Below, one piece after another: positions 36,601-48,705 of a stretch of 64,000 nucleotides of DNA. This DNA comes from Macrostomum lignano. Its lineage: Eukaryota. A program made the position numbers and the translations under genes. The stretch is taken from assembly GCA_002269645.1 (NCBI GenBank), contig NIVC01000176.1:558001-622000 (forward strand), read 5' to 3'. Under the pieces are notes generated by a model that was not told the origin of the DNA, searched no databases, and worked only from the letters and a program-made list of their open reading frames with translations. The stretch's first letter is position 1. The number at the start of each line of letters is the position of its first letter.

Positions 36601-37482
36601 AGATGAGAGATGGGAGAGATGGAGGAGATGAAGATGAGATGGAGATGGGAGAGATGGAGGAGATGAAGATGAGAGATGGAGATGGAAGAGATGGAGGAGA
36701 TGAAGATGAGAGATGGAGATGGGAGAGATGGAGGAGATGAAGATGAGAGATGGGAGAGATGGAGGAGATGAAGATGAGATGGAGATGGGAGAGATGGAGG
36801 AGATGAAGATGAGAGATGGAGATGGGAGAGATGGAGGAGATGAAGATGAGAGATGGGAGAGATGGAGGAGATGAAGATGAGATGGAGATGGGAAAGATGG
36901 AGGAGATGAAGATGAGAGATGGAGATGGAAGAGATGGAGGAGATGAAGATGAGAGATGGAGATGGGAGATATGAAGGAGATGAAGCTGAGATGGAGATAG
37001 GAGATATGGAGGAGATGAAGATGAGATGGAGATAGGAGAGATGGAGGAGATGAAGATGAGATGGAGATGGGAGAGAAAGATGGAAGAGATGAAGATGAGA
37101 GATGGAGATGAGAGAGATAGAAGAGATAGAAGATGGAGATGAGAGATGGAAGAGCTGGAAATGGATGGATATGAAAGAGATGGATCCAGTCAACAAGCCA
37201 GGACAAGCAGGCACGCACCTGTCCATCCCTAGTGATCTGGCAGTCCAGCTCCAGCATGTGGGTGCGGTGCTGACTGACAGCCGCTTCAAACGCTTCCATG
37301 GTGTTCTCAGCGAGTTCGGCCGCTCCGCCTCGGTGGCTGATGTGTGCGGCGGCGAAATGTCGACGCTTTCGCCGATGAAGCAGAGTCGGATAGCGCAGCA
37401 GCAGGCCAGACAGCAGAGTGTAGGCGGACAGGGCCGCGGCGGCCGCGACTGCGACTGATGGCGACTGAAACTCCTGCGGCAT
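33637..37482 (-). CDS. GDPD1: Glycerophosphodiester phosphodiesterase / lysophospholipase D (GDPD1/GDPD3-like), complement(join(33637..33795,34089..34452,35969..36240,37219..37482)), 352 aa
   Basis: HISHRGGAAELAENTMEAF, MLELDCQITRDGQVVVAHD, NIDIKE, TVVWGN, GLLPFVPI, GVPTYVWVLN and GVMTDRP motifs. Phases are consistent. GDPD1 cannot be told from GDPD3 here. Confidence 0.92.
33855..34042. repeat. 22-bp GGATTCCCAAATATCCCAATTT array in GDPD intron 3
   Basis: Direct reading. Confidence 0.92.
34470..35510. repeat. 20-24-bp GGAGTTCAGCAGGTGCTCAGGGAG array in GDPD intron 2
   Basis: Direct reading. Confidence 0.95.
35542..35883 (+). mobile_element. Dispersed repeat: about 170-bp upstream module plus a tRNA-derived SINE-like unit (A box TAGCCCAGTGG at 35751)
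   Basis: Aligns by eye to 46792-47237. Degenerate B box GGCTCGATTTCC and shared tail CACAGTGAAGTGTACATGCCTAA. Confidence 0.65.
36530..37170. repeat. GA-rich compound array (GAGATG/GAGGAGATGAAGAT) in GDPD intron 1
   Basis: Direct reading. Confidence 0.93.
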
Positions 37483-39741
37483 TTCGAGAGAATTAAAATC
37501 ATAATTCGACTTTAATATAACTAATATTAATAAAGATCCTAGCACTACTGCTGTAACAAAACTGAAAATCAGAAATATATGATTGACAACACTATCTCTG
37601 CAACCCAATCGTTTCTGCACAATTTTACTAAAGCACTGACTAATAATAATAAACTAAGCGTTATTAAATATTCCAAATAAATTTAGCAGAAACGCCAAAA
37701 AACACGAAATCTGCAGTAAAATCCAAATATCGCATTTTTCATGCCGCTAGTAGTTTATTATCAAACCCTTGTTTTACTTTGCATGCAAAGAAAATTTCAG
37801 TTTCTAAAGTACTCGTAAATATAATGTTAGAAGAATAATAATTAATAATAGATTGACAATAAAAAACAAGACACAGAAACACAATAATTACGTGGCGGTG
37901 CTGCACAGCACTATGCGCACTATAAACTTTTGTTAGGATCGAAAAAGAAAACTACTACTAAGTTTTAAAAGCTTAACTGAATCTTTGGATCGTACGCTTT
38001 GAAAAATAAATTAGGGAAAATGGGCTGCAGATTTTGGTTTCCAATTATGGTTGCAATAAAAGATTTCTACACAGAGAAAAAAACGCGCAGAAACTGCACA
38101 ATTATAATTTAAGGTACTTACTACTTTCTAGAGTCATTGGCGAGACTATAAGTAGTATATTCGGGATAGAACTTGCAGAAATACGAGCCCTATCTAAAGC
38201 AAATTTTCTTGGAAACAGTTGCTGTGCACTTTAGGCAAGTGTAACTTTTCTTCAGTGGGATACAACTGAAGAACAACAGCTCTTCAACAGCCGCTGATTA
38301 AAAATTTCAGACAGATATTAAGCAAACTTCAGACTGAAAAGGCGGAACGATTGCAAACATAATAGCGGGCAGATTTTTACCCAAATTACGCCATTTAGGT
38401 GGCGGCTTAGCAACTGTGGATTTTGGATGGTGGTGGTGGCCTAGCAACCGAGCATCCGGGAGGGTGGCTCAGCAACTGAGGATCTGGGATGGTAGGCGAA
38501 GCCAAGCACTAGAAAAAAATCTTTCGAAGCTGTGGCCCAACCTGAGAGTGCGAAAGTGCAAAGACAAGACCAACCTATAAGACTTAATAACTTTGAGCTC
38601 ACTAAAACAAACAAGTATGAAGACAACATAGGAGACTGATTTATTTTGTACGCAATAAATAATTTCGATAATTGAAAAGCTTGGATAAAAATAATAAGAC
38701 AGTTAGTTGCAAAGGAGACGCAAATTCTGCACAAATAATTAGCACACTTGCATCCCAGAGTAAGCCAGGCAATAATTTGAGAATCTTATATTTTTAAGCA
38801 AAGAAGTTATTGTCACAGCTTATCAACCTGGCGCACAAATCTCTCTCCCCCGAAAACTACCTATTGAAGGGAGACAATTCCTCGTTTCATACAAAAAACA
38901 TACACAGTTTCAAGGGCGACAAGAAACGACTGCTTTTTTAAACCAACAAAAATTATACGAAATAGCAATAATCTTGATTTAGCTTGACCTTTTTTCTGAT
39001 TAATAACAATAAATTGTAAAGACAGAAAAGTAAATCGTTTTAAATTCGATAAACCTTTTTTCACAGTTTTTCATTGCCGAACAAATGTGCATTCAATGAA
39101 AAATAGTCAACTTTATATCCCCTAGGATGTGTGAAGTAAAAATGATTTACTTTTTAAAACCTTTTTTAGCTCCCTCTGACATTCTAACCAAAAAATTTAT
39201 TGCTGCGTTTCCCCACCCGGCAGTGCCCGAGGCTGAGGGGTTGAAGCTTATCGATTTTCTGGTCGAACCCCCAAGTCCCGGCCCCACCCCAAACCTTCTT
39301 GTAGCGACGACCAACTTTCGCTGGGTAAGGTTTATCGATTTTCTAGCCCGTTTCAGTGTAGTCTAGAGCAGTAAAAGGCTAACCCTAACTTTATCGCCGC
39401 TATTCTCTCCGCCAGTGTCACGCGTGAGGTGGTCGACTTTTTTTATCGATTTTTTAATCGGAATCGGCCCATCCATCCTAACCACTCAACCCCCCTACCC
39501 CCACTTTAATCGTTGCTTTTCTCTCCGCCTGCCTGAATAGTCTAATGAACTTCACCTAATTATTATGGCCCCTTAAATTGGACTTAATTTTATGATATAC
39601 GAAGACTAAAGATCACCCCTAATGCATATGCAAACGTAATCTAAAAATAAGCTTAACGTAACCCAACTTATTCAAGCCAAAAAGCAATCTATCAATAACA
39701 CAATAGATTTGATTAATTTCCTGGACACAAATAAAACCAAA

Positions 39742-42700
39742 TTATCCGAATGAGAAGCTGAACCCGGGCATGCCGCCAGCGCCGCCGCCGCGATGATGAC
39801 CGCCGTGGAAGTGCTGCTGCTGATGAAACGACGGGAATCCGCCGCCGCCGCCGCCGCCAAAAAATTGCGCAAAAATCTGGTTAGGATCCATGCCGTTGAA
39901 GCCGCCGGCTCCGCCCTGCTGCATGTCTTCAAGATCTTCGCCGGCGTCGTAGCGTCGACGCTTCTGCGGATCAGTTAGCACGGAGTAAGCCTCGCCAACA
40001 TCTTTAAAAGCGGTCTCTTCGGCTCGTTTCTGTTCCTCTGTGGCGCTCGAATGCCGATCGGGATGGTGCAGTAGCGCTTTCTTTTTGTAGGCTCGCTTGA
40101 TTTCGTCGTCGCTGGCCGTTTGGCCAACGCCAAGGATCTTGTAGTAGCATTTCCGTTTAGACTTTTTCAGGGCTAGTTGAGCCTCCTGGACAGATGAAAA
40201 AGAAATCCAACCACTTAGGGTGTACAAGCAATTTCTTTTATGACGGAATTTTTCGTACTATGTGAGAGACTTTACGATTCAAATCTTTATTTGTCTACTT
40301 TTCTCAGTAGTCTAATTTGAATCTTTCACGTTAACACATGATAATAAACTTATGAAGCCGATGTAAAATCACACTAATCACCTGTAGAAAGGCCCGATTC
40401 TCCCTACTGGGATGCCGCCGTTGCAGTTCTTCGCAGGTCTTTACAGCCTCTTCGAATTGTTCCAGACGTTGTTGCACCTGGGCTAGGCGTTTCATAGCGT
40501 TAGCATAGTCCGGTTGTAGATTTAAAGCGGCCTGACAGTCCTCGAGTGCCTCCTGCAGCCGGTCGAGATGGAGCAGGCTCAGGGCCCGGTTGCAGTGCAC
40601 CTGGATGGGGTTGGGACACAAAACATGTCTATTTTTTGCTATTTGATTTCGAATGGGATGAAATGGTATACTGGGTTCAAATTCAGGGTGTCAAATTGAA
40701 AACCAGGATCAGGATGTCAGCTGACATCAGTCAAGAAAAGTTCAAAATCAAATAAAACACCAACATCTCTACTCTACCATTTACACAACTAAAAAATATG
40801 GAAGTTAAATAAACCAACAATACAGCTATCATATTAACCTTGGCATTGTAGGCGTCGTGCTTAGGATCAATAAGCAGGGCATTTGTGTAAGCCGTACAAG
40901 CCGCTTCGTAGTTTCTCTCTTTGATCAGCGAATTCGCCTCGTCCTTAGCCGCGGCCAGTCGTTTGCTCCGTTTAAAAGCCGCTTTAGCCTTCTCGCAGTC
41001 CGGATTCATTTTCAAGGCCTGGGCGAAATGCTGCTGAGCTTTCTCGTGCATCTCCTGATAGTAGAGCGACAGGCCGCGCAATAGCAGCAGCTCGGAGGCC
41101 ACCTCGGGCCCGCTGGAGTCCAGCCGGACCAAGTCGGTGGTCAGCATCGCCGCTTCGTCGTGTCGGCCTAGTTCAATTAACAGTTCGGCTCGGCGAAGCC
41201 TCAGTCGGGTACTGTGGGGCGCGCTCTGGAGGCACCTGGAGTGTCGGCAGGAATTTTGGTTGGAGGTATCTAATCTAACCCGATGGAATTAACAGTAACC
41301 GATGCCCTAGAGTGGTTGCAGGTAACACAGGTAAAATTGGAAAGAAGTTTAAAGTCATACATGCGCAACCTTGGGAATCACTCGGCCGTTTCTATTGGCA
41401 ACACACACATGTAAGTGACAGTAAGTCGCTATTGGCTGAGAGCAGTCACGTGACTACTATTCCGTCCAATAGCGACTTACATGTGTGTGTTGCCAATAGA
41501 AACGGCCGAGTGAATCCAAAAAGACAATTGAAGGCTCTGGGGCCGTAGAGTCGTATCTGAGGCGTGCCAGAGCCGCTGCAGACTCACCGAGTTGCCTCTA
41601 AAGCGCATCTGCGTCACTTTGTGAATCGGAATCGCATTTCGCATTTATAAAAACTCTATTCAGTCTACTTGAGTCAGTAGAAAGTTAAGCGCAAATACAC
41701 CGACTCTTGGACGCCTCTTTCGCGACTCTTTTAACGATTCTGCAACTCCCGAATTTATTAAGGAATTAAAGAAAACATTTCTGCATTACAACTTTTCCAG
41801 GTCAAGCCTTAAAAAGGTAAATTAACTTGTTTACAAATTTCAGTTAGGGTTGATACAAAAAACGTCTTACTTGGATGCTCCAACACTAAACATTCAGAAA
41901 ATGTTTAAGAAAATTTAGGCCAGTGTTTGAGCTACCTGTTTGAGCACATACAAGCGCGCCAATACTGTACACAGGCACGCACTCATACAAGGTGTACAGT
42001 GGCGCTGACTTTCTAATCGTCAGGCGTGTACAGCCTGTGTCTTGAAGGTTGGAGGCACACTAGCCCCAAATGACTGTGACCGTGCACGGATTCAAACTAG
42101 GGGTGGTGGTGGAGCCAGACAGGTTTATCGGTGAGCTCGCTGCTCTGCCCCCACCCCCCCCCCCCAAATAAATAAGATTCTCATGGCGAATGGTAAATAG
42201 AATACCTGTCCAGGTGGTACAGTGCAGTGCGAGCATCGCCACCACTAAGCCGCTTCTCAACGCTGGACAGCTGATCCTCGATGTCCTTCAGCATCAACAG
42301 TTGCTGTTCGGCCTCGTGGCAACTGGAATCGAGCACCAGAGCCTTCTGAAAGGCGATGACCGATTCGGAGAATTCGCCAAGATTGAGCAGCACTTTGCCT
42401 AATCGTAGATAGCCTTTGAGAAAGTTCGAATCGATAGAAACACTTGTGCGGCAGTCCTTCAGCGCATCCTGGAATTGGGAAATTTGATCAAAGGCGATTC
42501 TTACTTGGGATCGAATAGATCAGGGGCGATTCTTACTTGGGATCGAATAGATCAGGGGCGATTCTTACTTGGGATCGAATAGATCAGGGGCGATTCTTAC
42601 TTGGGATCGAATGGATCAGGGGCGATTCTTACTTGGGATCGAATAGATCAGGGGCGATTCTTACTTAGGATCGAATAGATCAGGGGCGATTCTTACTTGG

Positions 42701-43555
42701 GATCGAATAGATCAGGGGCGATTCTTACTTGGGATCGAATAGATCAGGGGCGATTCTTACTTGGGATCGAATAGATCAGGGGCGATTCTTACTTAGGATC
42801 GAATAGATCAGAGGCGATTCTTAACTGGGATCGAATGTATCAGAGGCGATTCTTACTTGGGATCAAATAGTTTAGGGGTGATTCTTACTTGGGATCAAAT
42901 GGATCAGAGGCGATTCTTACTTGGGATCCAATGGATCAGGGGCGATTCTTACTTGGGATCCAATGGATCAGAGGTGATTCTTACTTGGGATCAAATGGAT
43001 TAGAGGCGATTCTTACTTGGGATCAAATGGATCAGGGGCGATTCTTACTTGGGATCAAATGGATTAGAGGCGATTCTTACTTGGGATCAAATGGATCAGG
43101 GGCGATTCTTACTTGGGATCAAATGGATCAGGGGCGATTCTTAACTGGGATCGAATGGATCAGGGGCGATTCTTACTTGGGATCAAATGGATCAGGGGCG
43201 ATTCTTAACTGGGATCGAATGGATCAGGGGCGATTCTTACTTGGGATCAAATAGATCAGGGGCGATTCTTACTTGGGATCAATAGATCAGGGGCGATTCT
43301 TACTTTTGGGATCGAATGTATCAGGGATCATTGATTGAACTAAGTTTAAAACTGTTGGCAGTTATTTACGTGATATCGACTGAGCATGATGTAGGCTGCA
43401 GCTCGGTTGCCATAGTAACTGGCCACTCGAGAACTAAGCTCGATCGCTCGATCGTAACATCGGATAGCATCGGTATATTTCTTCTGAGCAAACAGGGCGT
43501 TACCCTCGGCTTTGACTTTCTCAGCCAAGTCTGTATCGCCGTCTGGATCGGACAT
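39742..43555 (-). CDS. DNAJC7: DnaJ homolog subfamily C member 7 (TPR co-chaperone), complement(join(39742..40185,40382..40600,40839..41235,42206..42468,43370..43555)), 502 aa
   Basis: Multiple TPR repeats (KAEGNALF..YGNRAAAY, HCNRAL..) followed by a J-domain YYKILGV..ALLHHPDRH..FKDVGEAYSVLTDPQKRRRYD and a G/F-rich tail. Exons join in frame. Confidence 0.94.
41278..41750 (+). mobile_element. Older dispersed repeat homologous, in inverted orientation, to about 60260-60596 and interrupted by a foldback MITE
   Basis: Shared blocks such as GTTGCAGGTAA(A)CACA.GTAAAAT, CGTAGAG, GCGCTTAACTTTCTACT.ACTCA and AAAAGAGTCGC.AAAGAG.CGTCCAAGA. Confidence 0.65.
41379..41512. mobile_element. 134-bp foldback MITE with CACTC termini and a 3-bp AAT duplication (CMC/CACTA-like)
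   Basis: Perfect 38-bp TIR CACTCGGCCGTTTCTATTGGCAACACACACATGTAAGT, inner arm AAGTCGCTATTGG/CCAATAGCGACTT and central palindrome AGTCACGTGACT. AAT at 41376-41378 and 41513-41515. Confidence 0.8.
42480..43325. repeat. 32-bp GGGATCGAATAGATCAGGGGCGATTCTTACTT array in DNAJC7 intron 1
   Basis: Direct reading. Confidence 0.96.
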
Positions 43556-46550
43556 CTGACTCTGTCGGGATTGCGCTGAGAGTTTAGAGAAAGACTGCTG
43601 CGATGCAGTGCACGGCATGAATGATGCAATTTTCGATGTTCACTGCTAAAAATTAACTGAGAACGATATTCACCTCAGATGATTGGCACCCAGTATTTTT
43701 CCAAGCTTCAGTTTGAATTTACGCCAACTCTTAATCCCAGATTCAAATTTATGCTATAATGGGTATACAAATAACTTTCCCAAATTATACTGGCTATGCA
43801 ATTTAGTTTTAACAAAAGTGTAATCTAGTTGGCTCCACTTATAACTTAGTTCTGTCTAGAACTTATAACCTAGCTGTTATAAATTTCCTTTCTGTTTTCC
43901 TTCTTTTTACTCCATTGATTCTGTTTGTTTGCCTTTTCCCTTTTTGTTTTGGTAGAGAGAAAACTACAAATTATCTTTCTATCCCAGGATGGCGGATGCA
44001 ATTTTGTATAAACTTGTGCACTTAAACATAGATTTCTAGCAAACTTGTGCAACTTTAAAAGGTTTATTTATGCTTTTTGCAACTATAATTTAAAAGCAAA
44101 GCCAGACAGAGTAGGCCCTACTATATAACAAAGAAGTAATTATATAACTTTTAGGTATATAGGAAAACATTGTACAGAAAAACAAAAAGTAGCTAATAAA
44201 ATTCAAGTGCCAAATAGGTAGCAAGTCAATTTGCCAAAAGCAGATGTAAAGTATTTTTATGTATCATTTGAATGTATATACTTTTTTATAATGTATCCTG
44301 CATTCCTGGAAATTATCTATTAATTATTTTAGTCAATATTTATTCAGTGTAGTATGTTTCCTTTTTTATAATACTTACTGTACATACTCTATTGCTATTG
44401 TTTTACTATATGTTAATTCCTATCATAGTTGAAACATGAATGTGCTCTGTTTGGTGTTAGGGGTCCTAGGTGCCAGGGTAGCTATATGAGTAGCGTGGCC
44501 ATGCTAGAGTTTGAGTCTATCCAGTTTTAAAAATAGATCTAATTACTTTAATTGCATACAAATAGATTATGCAAATATATATGAGATAAATTAAGGCACA
44601 TTTGACCTATTAAACCAAGGTCAAGGATACATTTGTTTATTAATTTGTCATCATAACAAAATTAAATCAATTGTTTGAATTGTTTGAATTCAAGTTTATT
44701 TTACAATATAAGTCTATCTTTGCTGGAAAATTCATACACACAAACCTTTGTGTAAATACTATATTATGAGCTTAAAAACTGAAAAGCTTGAAATTTAATG
44801 CTTAAAAACTTTTTGAAATGATTCTTTTTCTACTTACAAGTATAACACTAGCCCTTTTGCATGATTCTATAAAGTGTGCATGTGCACCATGTCCATGACA
44901 TGAGTATTGATATTCAAACCTACTATTACTAAGAACAGGCTAAGTCCAAGACTAAGATTATTGATTATATGTTAGAATTTTCTTATGTATATTTCATTTG
45001 CAATATGGCATAACACTTTGGCTTTGTCTTAGGCCTAGGTGGCTAGGCCTAGTCAAGTATAATTTTTTTGAAGTCTAAATGTTTAACATAAGCCCTGACC
45101 TAACAAAGCTTGATAAAATACTCAATAATAATGATAGGCCTATAGTGGCGGCATGGCTAGCTAGTGGCCATACCTTTTTATACCAGAAGCAGAAATTTAG
45201 CATATAGAATGCACTATAGATAGCATATATATACTTATTGTAGACTATGGATATCAATTCCTGAGAGTCCTCCCTGAGGACCCAAAAATTTGGGGTTTTT
45301 TACTTTTAGTTTTTGCTAGGGCCAGGGGAAATTGCAGGGGATGAAGCCGTGAAATGAAAAGAACCAAGAAAAATTGCAATCAAAATTCTGTTTTGAAAAA
45401 CTGTTCAAATGACATTAGTTGTCATTCATTGCAGTAAAATATTAAAAAAAACAAAATTAACCTTTGGGTAGACATACTTTAGTACAAATTATTAGTGCTT
45501 TAATTAAAATGCTACACTTCTCATCTATGATTCTAAGAAACCATCACTGATGATTCACATCTAACCCATTAAGTATCAAGTATCAATCTGACGAAGATGA
45601 AGATGCTGACCCTTAGCTCTATCATTTTTTATGACTAGTCGAATATTTACTTTTATCCTTTCTTTTCAATCTTAAAATTTGTTCCAATAATGACAACTAT
45701 AAGCCGCTCAGCGCACCGCGCGCCGGCCTGAGTACGACTTTTTTAAATTGGAACTTGTAAAAACAAATGTTTCACAAAGGAAAAACTTCTGACTAAAGCA
45801 TACCATTTTTACTTCTTTTATAGCAACATTAAATTTAAAATGTTTTAAGACTTTTTTATTTATCGTACAGTCAAATTTACAATAGTAAACTTATTTGACA
45901 TTCCGAGTGACCCAATAATTCATTTTTTAGTTCGTAGAGAAGAAATGCAATAATACAATGCATCTGCATGAATAGCATTCAGCCTTGATTCCAGGCGCGA
46001 ACCCAGAATTTTTTAGGGGGGCAAGCTGTACCAACTCTTCACAGTACTTAGTACAAAAAAGGACGCTGTTAGTTATAGTAGTAAATGTATATCTACACAT
46101 GTAGCAGTAAATACATGTATATATAGTGCTCGTTGTTTTTGAGCAGTAATAAGTAGAATCATTGATTCTTTACTTTCCAGCTGCCTCCGGACGTTTGCGA
46201 ATTGTAAGTTTACATGTACATAAAGTTTATAACTACCAAAATTATTATTCAGATTAGAATCATATGTAGTCCAGATCTACCATCTATCGACCCACATGCA
46301 TGAAAAACTAATGTACATGTAATTCGCAGGCCTCAAGGAAACGTAAAGAGTACACCAGAACTGATATGCACTCGATTCGTGAATTGCAATCAGTAGGCAA
46401 CGACCGCGGCGATTCAAAGCATGTTAATTCTTTCGCCACGGAAACAAAAAATTGACCAATAAGCATACATCTGCTTATTACTGCATGACTTGCTAGACCG
46501 CATTATAGGCGACTAAAGAAGACAGCGCCTTGAGCGCTAGAAATTTTAAC

Positions 46551-46707
46551 CTGGACTAGTGTGGCGCTTCGATGCTCGATTCCAAGTGCAGTCACATTCA
46601 TTTGAGGCTAAATTGGAATCTCGGCTTGGCTCTGCTCGTGCAATTTTAATAGTAAGCCCTTGAGAGCCAACCCCCAAGGCACAGTGAAGTGTATACATGC
46701 CTAAAAA
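46551..46707 (+). mobile_element. 5'-eroded copy of the tRNA-derived SINE-like family
   Basis: GCTCGATTCCAAGTGCAGTC...GGCTAAATTGGAATCT..CTCTGCTCGTGCAATT...CCCCAAGGCACAGTGAAGTGTA matches 47100-47237. Confidence 0.65.
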
Positions 46708-46791
46708 TGAATGTCCCGGTTTTGCTCATCATTCACGTGCGTGGCTCTGGTTGAAAACTTGAAAAATACTTGCAAAAGAACCCGGAAACAT

Positions 46792-47237
46792 CAGAGATTT
46801 GTGAGTCTTTAAGTTTAAGTTAAGATAAAAAGCAAGCCTCAGACATCAGATTTGCGATCAATCACTAAACTAGATCAGCATTACGTCCCGTTTGTGTCAT
46901 CACTGCTTGCTTCTTGAATACTTTGTTGGTTAGAGGAAAAATGTCACTATTCAATTGATCCAGAATATTGACAAAAAGTGATGGAAAACGAAAGCGAAAT
47001 TAGAAGGCGGAAAGGAGCGGAGCAGAGGGGCGGACTGAGGGCGGAAGGAGGGGGCTGTAGCCCTGTGGTCTAGCGCAGCGCTCTGATGTACCAGCGGCCC
47101 AGGTTCGATTCCCAGTGCAGTCGCATTAATCTGGGGCTAAATTGGAATCTGGGCTTGCCTCTGCTCGTGCAATTACGCTCGTCACACCCTTGAACCAACC
47201 CCCAAGTCACAGTGAAGTGTACATGCCTAATGATAAA
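46792..47237 (+). mobile_element. Upstream module (46792-46973) plus the best copy of the tRNA-derived SINE-like element (47053-47237)
   Basis: A box TAGCCCTGTGG at 47058 and B box GGTTCGATTCC at 47102. GGCTGTA/TGCAGTC can pair like an acceptor stem over 70 nt. No intact anticodon or T arm, so not called as a tRNA gene. Confidence 0.7.
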
Positions 47238-47657
47238 CCTCTCGCCAGTTGTGTGACAATGTCTCTTAATGTCTCTTAAAGTGCGCCAGGGTGCACACAC
47301 AGCCCCGTTGCCTCAAATAAAATTTGGATTACTTGATACAAGTAAGCAATTTCATGTAAACAACTACCAGAGACACTGACAGACTTGATATTAAATCTGT
47401 CATTAATGTTATGATGTTATTAAGTACATAAAGTACAATATAATTAGTTAATTTATTACAGACGTAATTGTCAAGTTGCTCCGCAAAAAGAGCAACAAAA
47501 TTACAAGACATTGATTTGCGCATTACACAATGAAAACAACGGCACAGCGAATTACACAGAATATACAGGATACTCGTGCTATACCGTAATATACATTTTT
47601 GCAGCCTATCATCTGAGCTTACACTCACTGATTTAAATTCAATCCAAATCAATGTTT

Positions 47658-48051
47658 GCCAAATCAATGGAGCTTCTGTCTATGGTAGCAAGGCTGGCAC
47701 AAACAGCATTTGATTTGGTCCAAAGCCGCCAAATAGTTTCAGCCTTGAATATTTTCATTTAGACACGACTGTCACAAGCGGTAGGAACGAAAGGCGAGGA
47801 GAAGCAACGAGCAAGCTCAGTCCCAGAATTGTGGACTGTCGAACAAACGCCACGGACTTGTGATCAAAGCGGTGTTTTGACCATGCTAGCAGAAAGCTCT
47901 TCGTTTTTGTTATACTTGACGTCACCTTGTATTGGTACAGTGAAACTTGCTCAAATAAATTGCTTTCATAGGCGATATGATGGATCAAATTAAATTCAAA
48001 TTGGCTGTGCCAGCCAATTGCTACCATAGACAAAAGCTCCATCGCTTTGGC
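47658..48051. mobile_element. About 394-bp element with about 55-bp imperfect terminal inverted repeats, starting 19 nt after the PRKRIP1 stop codon
   Basis: GCCAAATCAATGGAGCTTCTGTCTATGGTAGCAAGGCTGGCACA versus the reverse complement of 48005-48051, GCCAAAGCGATGGAGCTTTTGTCTATGGTAGCAATTGGCTGGCACA. No clear TSD. Confidence 0.68.
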
Positions 48052-48069
48052 CGTTTCTCGACCCCTTCC

Positions 48070-48705
48070 TTACTTTGCGTTATCGTCGCCGCTCTCGTCT
48101 TCCGATCCAGACGAAGATCCGGCCCCAGCAGAAGCAGCTGCCGCGTTATCCCCTAATCTCGGCTGCTTGCCCTTAGCCTGCTTAGCCTTGGCCTTCTTCT
48201 TAGCCCGTTTCGCCCGCTTCTTAGCCTGCTTCTCCTCCAGCTCGGCCTGCTTGGCGCTGACCCGCTCCTCGAATTCTTTCTCCGCCTGCGCCTCGGCGTC
48301 CTTTCTATCCATGTATTCTCGACGCTCGAATTCTCGCCGACGGATGCCCCGATAGATGTCGAAATCGCCGGAGCCGACGCCGGCGGAGCTGCCGCGAATG
48401 TTGCGCACAAATTGCCACGGCTCGCGCGGCCGGTGCTCTCGCTTTGGTCCGGGCAGCTGGACCTGCTCTTCCGGCTTCGACATCAGCTTGTCTAGCCGTT
48501 TGCGCGCTAAATCGTAGCCAGTTTTTGGCTGGCCTCGACGCAGCGGCTCCGTTGTGTTGCCGGTGTCAACCGCTACGATGAATTTCTTTTTTGCGTCAGC
48601 GCCAACGCTCTCGCCGTCGTCGCTGGAGACGCCGCTGGCAGAGTCCGCGGCGGTGGCGGCGACATTTTTTGAAGCACCGGCGGCAGATGAAGTGAACGTC
48701 GACAT
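48070..48705 (-). CDS. PRKRIP1: PRKR-interacting protein 1 homolog, single exon, 211 aa
   Basis: RLDKLMSKP..FVRNIRGSSAGVGSGDFDIYRGIRRREFERREYMD core followed by a K/A-rich coiled coil. Start placed at ATG 48705; the ORF track extends it upstream to a non-ATG start. Confidence 0.9.
   Translation of the reverse strand: MSTFTSSAAGASKNVAATAADSASGVSSDDGESVGADAKKKFIVAVDTGNTTEPLRRGQPKTGYDLARKRLDKLMSKPEEQVQLPGPKREHRPREPWQFVRNIRGSSAGVGSGDFDIYRGIRRREFERREYMDRKDAEAQAEKEFEERVSAKQAELEEKQAKKRAKRAKKKAKAKQAKGKQPRLGDNAAAASAGAGSSSGSEDESGDDNAK

Noticed and set aside
37483-37620. Upstream extension of the GDPD ORF with a hydrophobic stretch (possible extra transmembrane segment)
   Set aside because: AT-rich sequence containing acceptor-like sites (TTTTCAG, TTACAG). 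The composition shifts at ATG 37482, which gives the expected family N-terminus length.
47053-47122. Functional tRNA gene
   Set aside because: A and B boxes are present, but the T stem has mismatches, no canonical anticodon arm forms, and the sequence continues into a repeated SINE-like body.
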